64,000 nt of DNA from Eledone cirrhosa (lineage: Eukaryota): contig OZ024759.1 in the NCBI GenBank assembly GCA_964016885.1, forward strand, positions 682,001 through 746,000. Reading direction: 5' to 3'. The notes under the pieces were generated by a model. That model had not been told where the DNA came from, did not search any database, and saw nothing but the letters and a program-made list of their open reading frames with translations. Both the position numbers and the translations under genes were made by a program. Shown one piece after another: positions 62,501 through 64,000 of this stretch (the stretch's first letter is position 1; every line of letters starts with the position of its first letter).

Positions 62501-64000
62501 TAGTAACATGACAAAGTCTATATTAGTAGCATGACAAAGTCTATATTAGTAACATGACACAGTCTATATTAGTAACATGACAATCTATATTAGTAACATG
62601 ACACAGTCTATATTAGTAACATGACAAAGTCTATATTAGTAGCATGACAAAGTCTATATTAGTAATATGACAGTCTATATTAGTAACATGACAAAGTCTA
62701 TATTAGTAGCATGACAAAGTCTATATTAGTAGCATGACACAGTCTATATTAGTAACATGACACAGTCTATATTAGTAACATGACACAGTCTATATTAGTA
62801 ACATGATTAGGTCTATATAAGTAGCATGACAAAGTCTATATTAGTAACATGACAAAGTCTATATTAGTAACATGACACAGTCTATATTAGTAACATGACA
62901 AAGTCTATATTAGTAACATGACAAAGTCTATATTAGTAACATGACACAGTCTATATTAGTAACATGACAAAGTCTATATTAGTAACATGACACTATCTAT
63001 ATTAGTAACTTGACAAAGTCTATATTAGTAACATGACACAGTCTATATTAGTAACATGACACAGTCTATATTAGTAACATGACAAAGTCTATATTAGTAG
63101 CATGACAAAGTCTATATTAGTAACATGACAAAGTCTATATTAGTAACATGACACAGTCTATATTAGTAACATGACAAAGTCTATATTAGTAGCATGACAA
63201 AGTCTATATTAGTAACATGACAAAGTCTATATTAGTAACATGACACAGTCTATATTAGTAACATGACAAAGTCTATATTAGTAACATGACACAGTCTATA
63301 TTAGTAACATGACAAAGTCTATATTAGTAGCATGACAAAGTCTATATTAGTAACATGACACAGTCTATATTAGTAACATGACAAAGTCTATATTAGTAAC
63401 ATGACAAAGTCTATATTAGTAACATGACAAAGTCTATATTAGTAACATGACAAAGTCTATATTAGTAACATGACACAGTCTATATTAGTAACATGACAGT
63501 CTATATTAGTAGCATGACAAAGTCTATATTAGTAACATGACAAAGTCTATATTAGTAACATGACACAGTCTATATTAGTAACATGACACAGTCTATATTA
63601 GTAACATGACACAGTCTATATTAGTAACATGACAAGGTCTATATTAGTAACATGACACCGTCTATATTAGTAACATAACACAGTCTATATTAGTAACATG
63701 ACAGTCTATATTAGTAACATGACAAAGTCTATATTAGTAGCATGACAAAGTCTATATTAGTAACATGACACAGTCTATATTAGTAACATGACAAGGTCTA
63801 TATTAGTAACATGACAAAGTCTATATTAGTAACATGACAAAGTCTATATTAGTAACATGACAAAGTCTATATTAGTAACATGACACAGTCTATATTAGTA
63901 ACATGACAGTCTATATTAGTAACATGACAAAGTCTATATTAGTAGCATGACAAAGTCTATATTAGTAACATGACACAGTCTATATTAGTAACATGACAAT
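44550..64000 (+). repeat. Satellite sub-domain C, an 11,806-bp higher-order unit present as about 1.6 copies
   Basis: The private monomer gattaggtctatataagtagcat occurs at 48310, 50292, 50999, 53073, 55331, 60116, 62098 and 62805, along with gacactatc. The offset of 11,806 is shared by catcacaaag (44579/56385), catggcagtctatttt (46951/58757) and three gattagg pairs. Confidence 0.85.
52600..56350 (+). repeat. Tandem duplication with a ~2,258-bp unit inside domain C
   Basis: gacactctat at 52847/55105 and gattaggtc at 53073/55331 both have an offset of 2,258. Confidence 0.75.

Larger units (their letters stand above)
1..64000 (+). repeat. Tandem satellite array, 23-bp monomer GACA[A/C]AGTCTATATTAGTA[A/G]CAT, about 2,800 copies, single orientation, truncated by both window ends
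   Basis: The monomer is directly visible throughout, e.g. 22-44 gacacagtctatattagtaacat and 45-67 gacaaagtctatattagtagcat. Length variants are 21 bp (gacagtc..., gacaatc...), 20 bp (gacagtctatattgtaacat) and 22 bp (gacaaagtcatatt...). No unique sequence or reverse-complement monomer was seen. Confidence 0.99.

Noticed and set aside
1-64000. CRISPR array or CRISPR-like repeat-spacer system
   Set aside because: The repeats are directly adjacent. The only variable part is a 1-3 nt segment with a few recurring states. There are no unique spacers, leader or cas genes.
1-64000. Repetitive protein-coding ORF (an ATG occurs in nearly every monomer)
   Set aside because: The + strand has TAG, TAA and TGA in each monomer, and the - strand (ATGTTACTAATATAGACTTTGTC) has TAA and TAG. 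The 23-bp period cycles these through all frames, so ORFs are only a few codons long.
1-64000. Telomerase-synthesised long telomeric repeat (budding-yeast type, about 23 bp)
   Set aside because: There is no G-rich strand, the array is far longer than such telomeres, and variants are inherited in multi-kb duplicated blocks. That points to recombinational amplification rather than templated addition.
1-64000. Promoter or TATA-like motifs (TATATTA) and replication iterons
   Set aside because: These are an incidental part of an AT-rich monomer repeated thousands of times. There is no gene or rep ORF to associate them with.
1-64000. The A/C/deletion monomer order as an information-bearing code
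   Set aside because: The order is explained by nested tandem duplications, and nothing in the sequence indicates a readout mechanism.
1-64000. Pure sequencing artefact (rolling-circle concatemer or polymerase slippage)
   Set aside because: Rare variants recur in conserved order at exact multi-kb offsets and differ by domain, which random error would not produce. Local misassembly of copy number cannot be excluded.

Overview
The whole 64 kb window is one uninterrupted, head-to-tail, single-orientation satellite array. Its 23-bp monomer has the consensus GACA[A/C]AGTCTATATTAGTA[A/G]CAT (about 26-30% GC, no CpG in the consensus), with roughly 2,800 copies and common 21-bp, plus rarer 20- and 22-bp, deletion variants. 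The array runs off both ends of the window. I found no genes, RNA genes, transposons or CRISPR spacers, and stop codons recur in all six frames. All the information lies in rare monomer variants, which act as landmarks. They show (i) three sub-domains with different private variants (about 1-22.1 kb, 22.2-44.5 kb and 44.5-64 kb), (ii) nested tandem duplications of 0.7-4.6 kb, and (iii) a recurring ~11.6-11.8 kb super-period in all three sub-domains (offsets 11,593, 11,569 and 11,806 bp). The pattern fits eukaryotic heterochromatic, centromeric or subtelomeric satellite DNA with higher-order structure. I cannot identify the organism or the satellite family, and I see no support for a novel gene-encoded system. 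Offsets were measured by hand from marker variants, and block boundaries are approximate.
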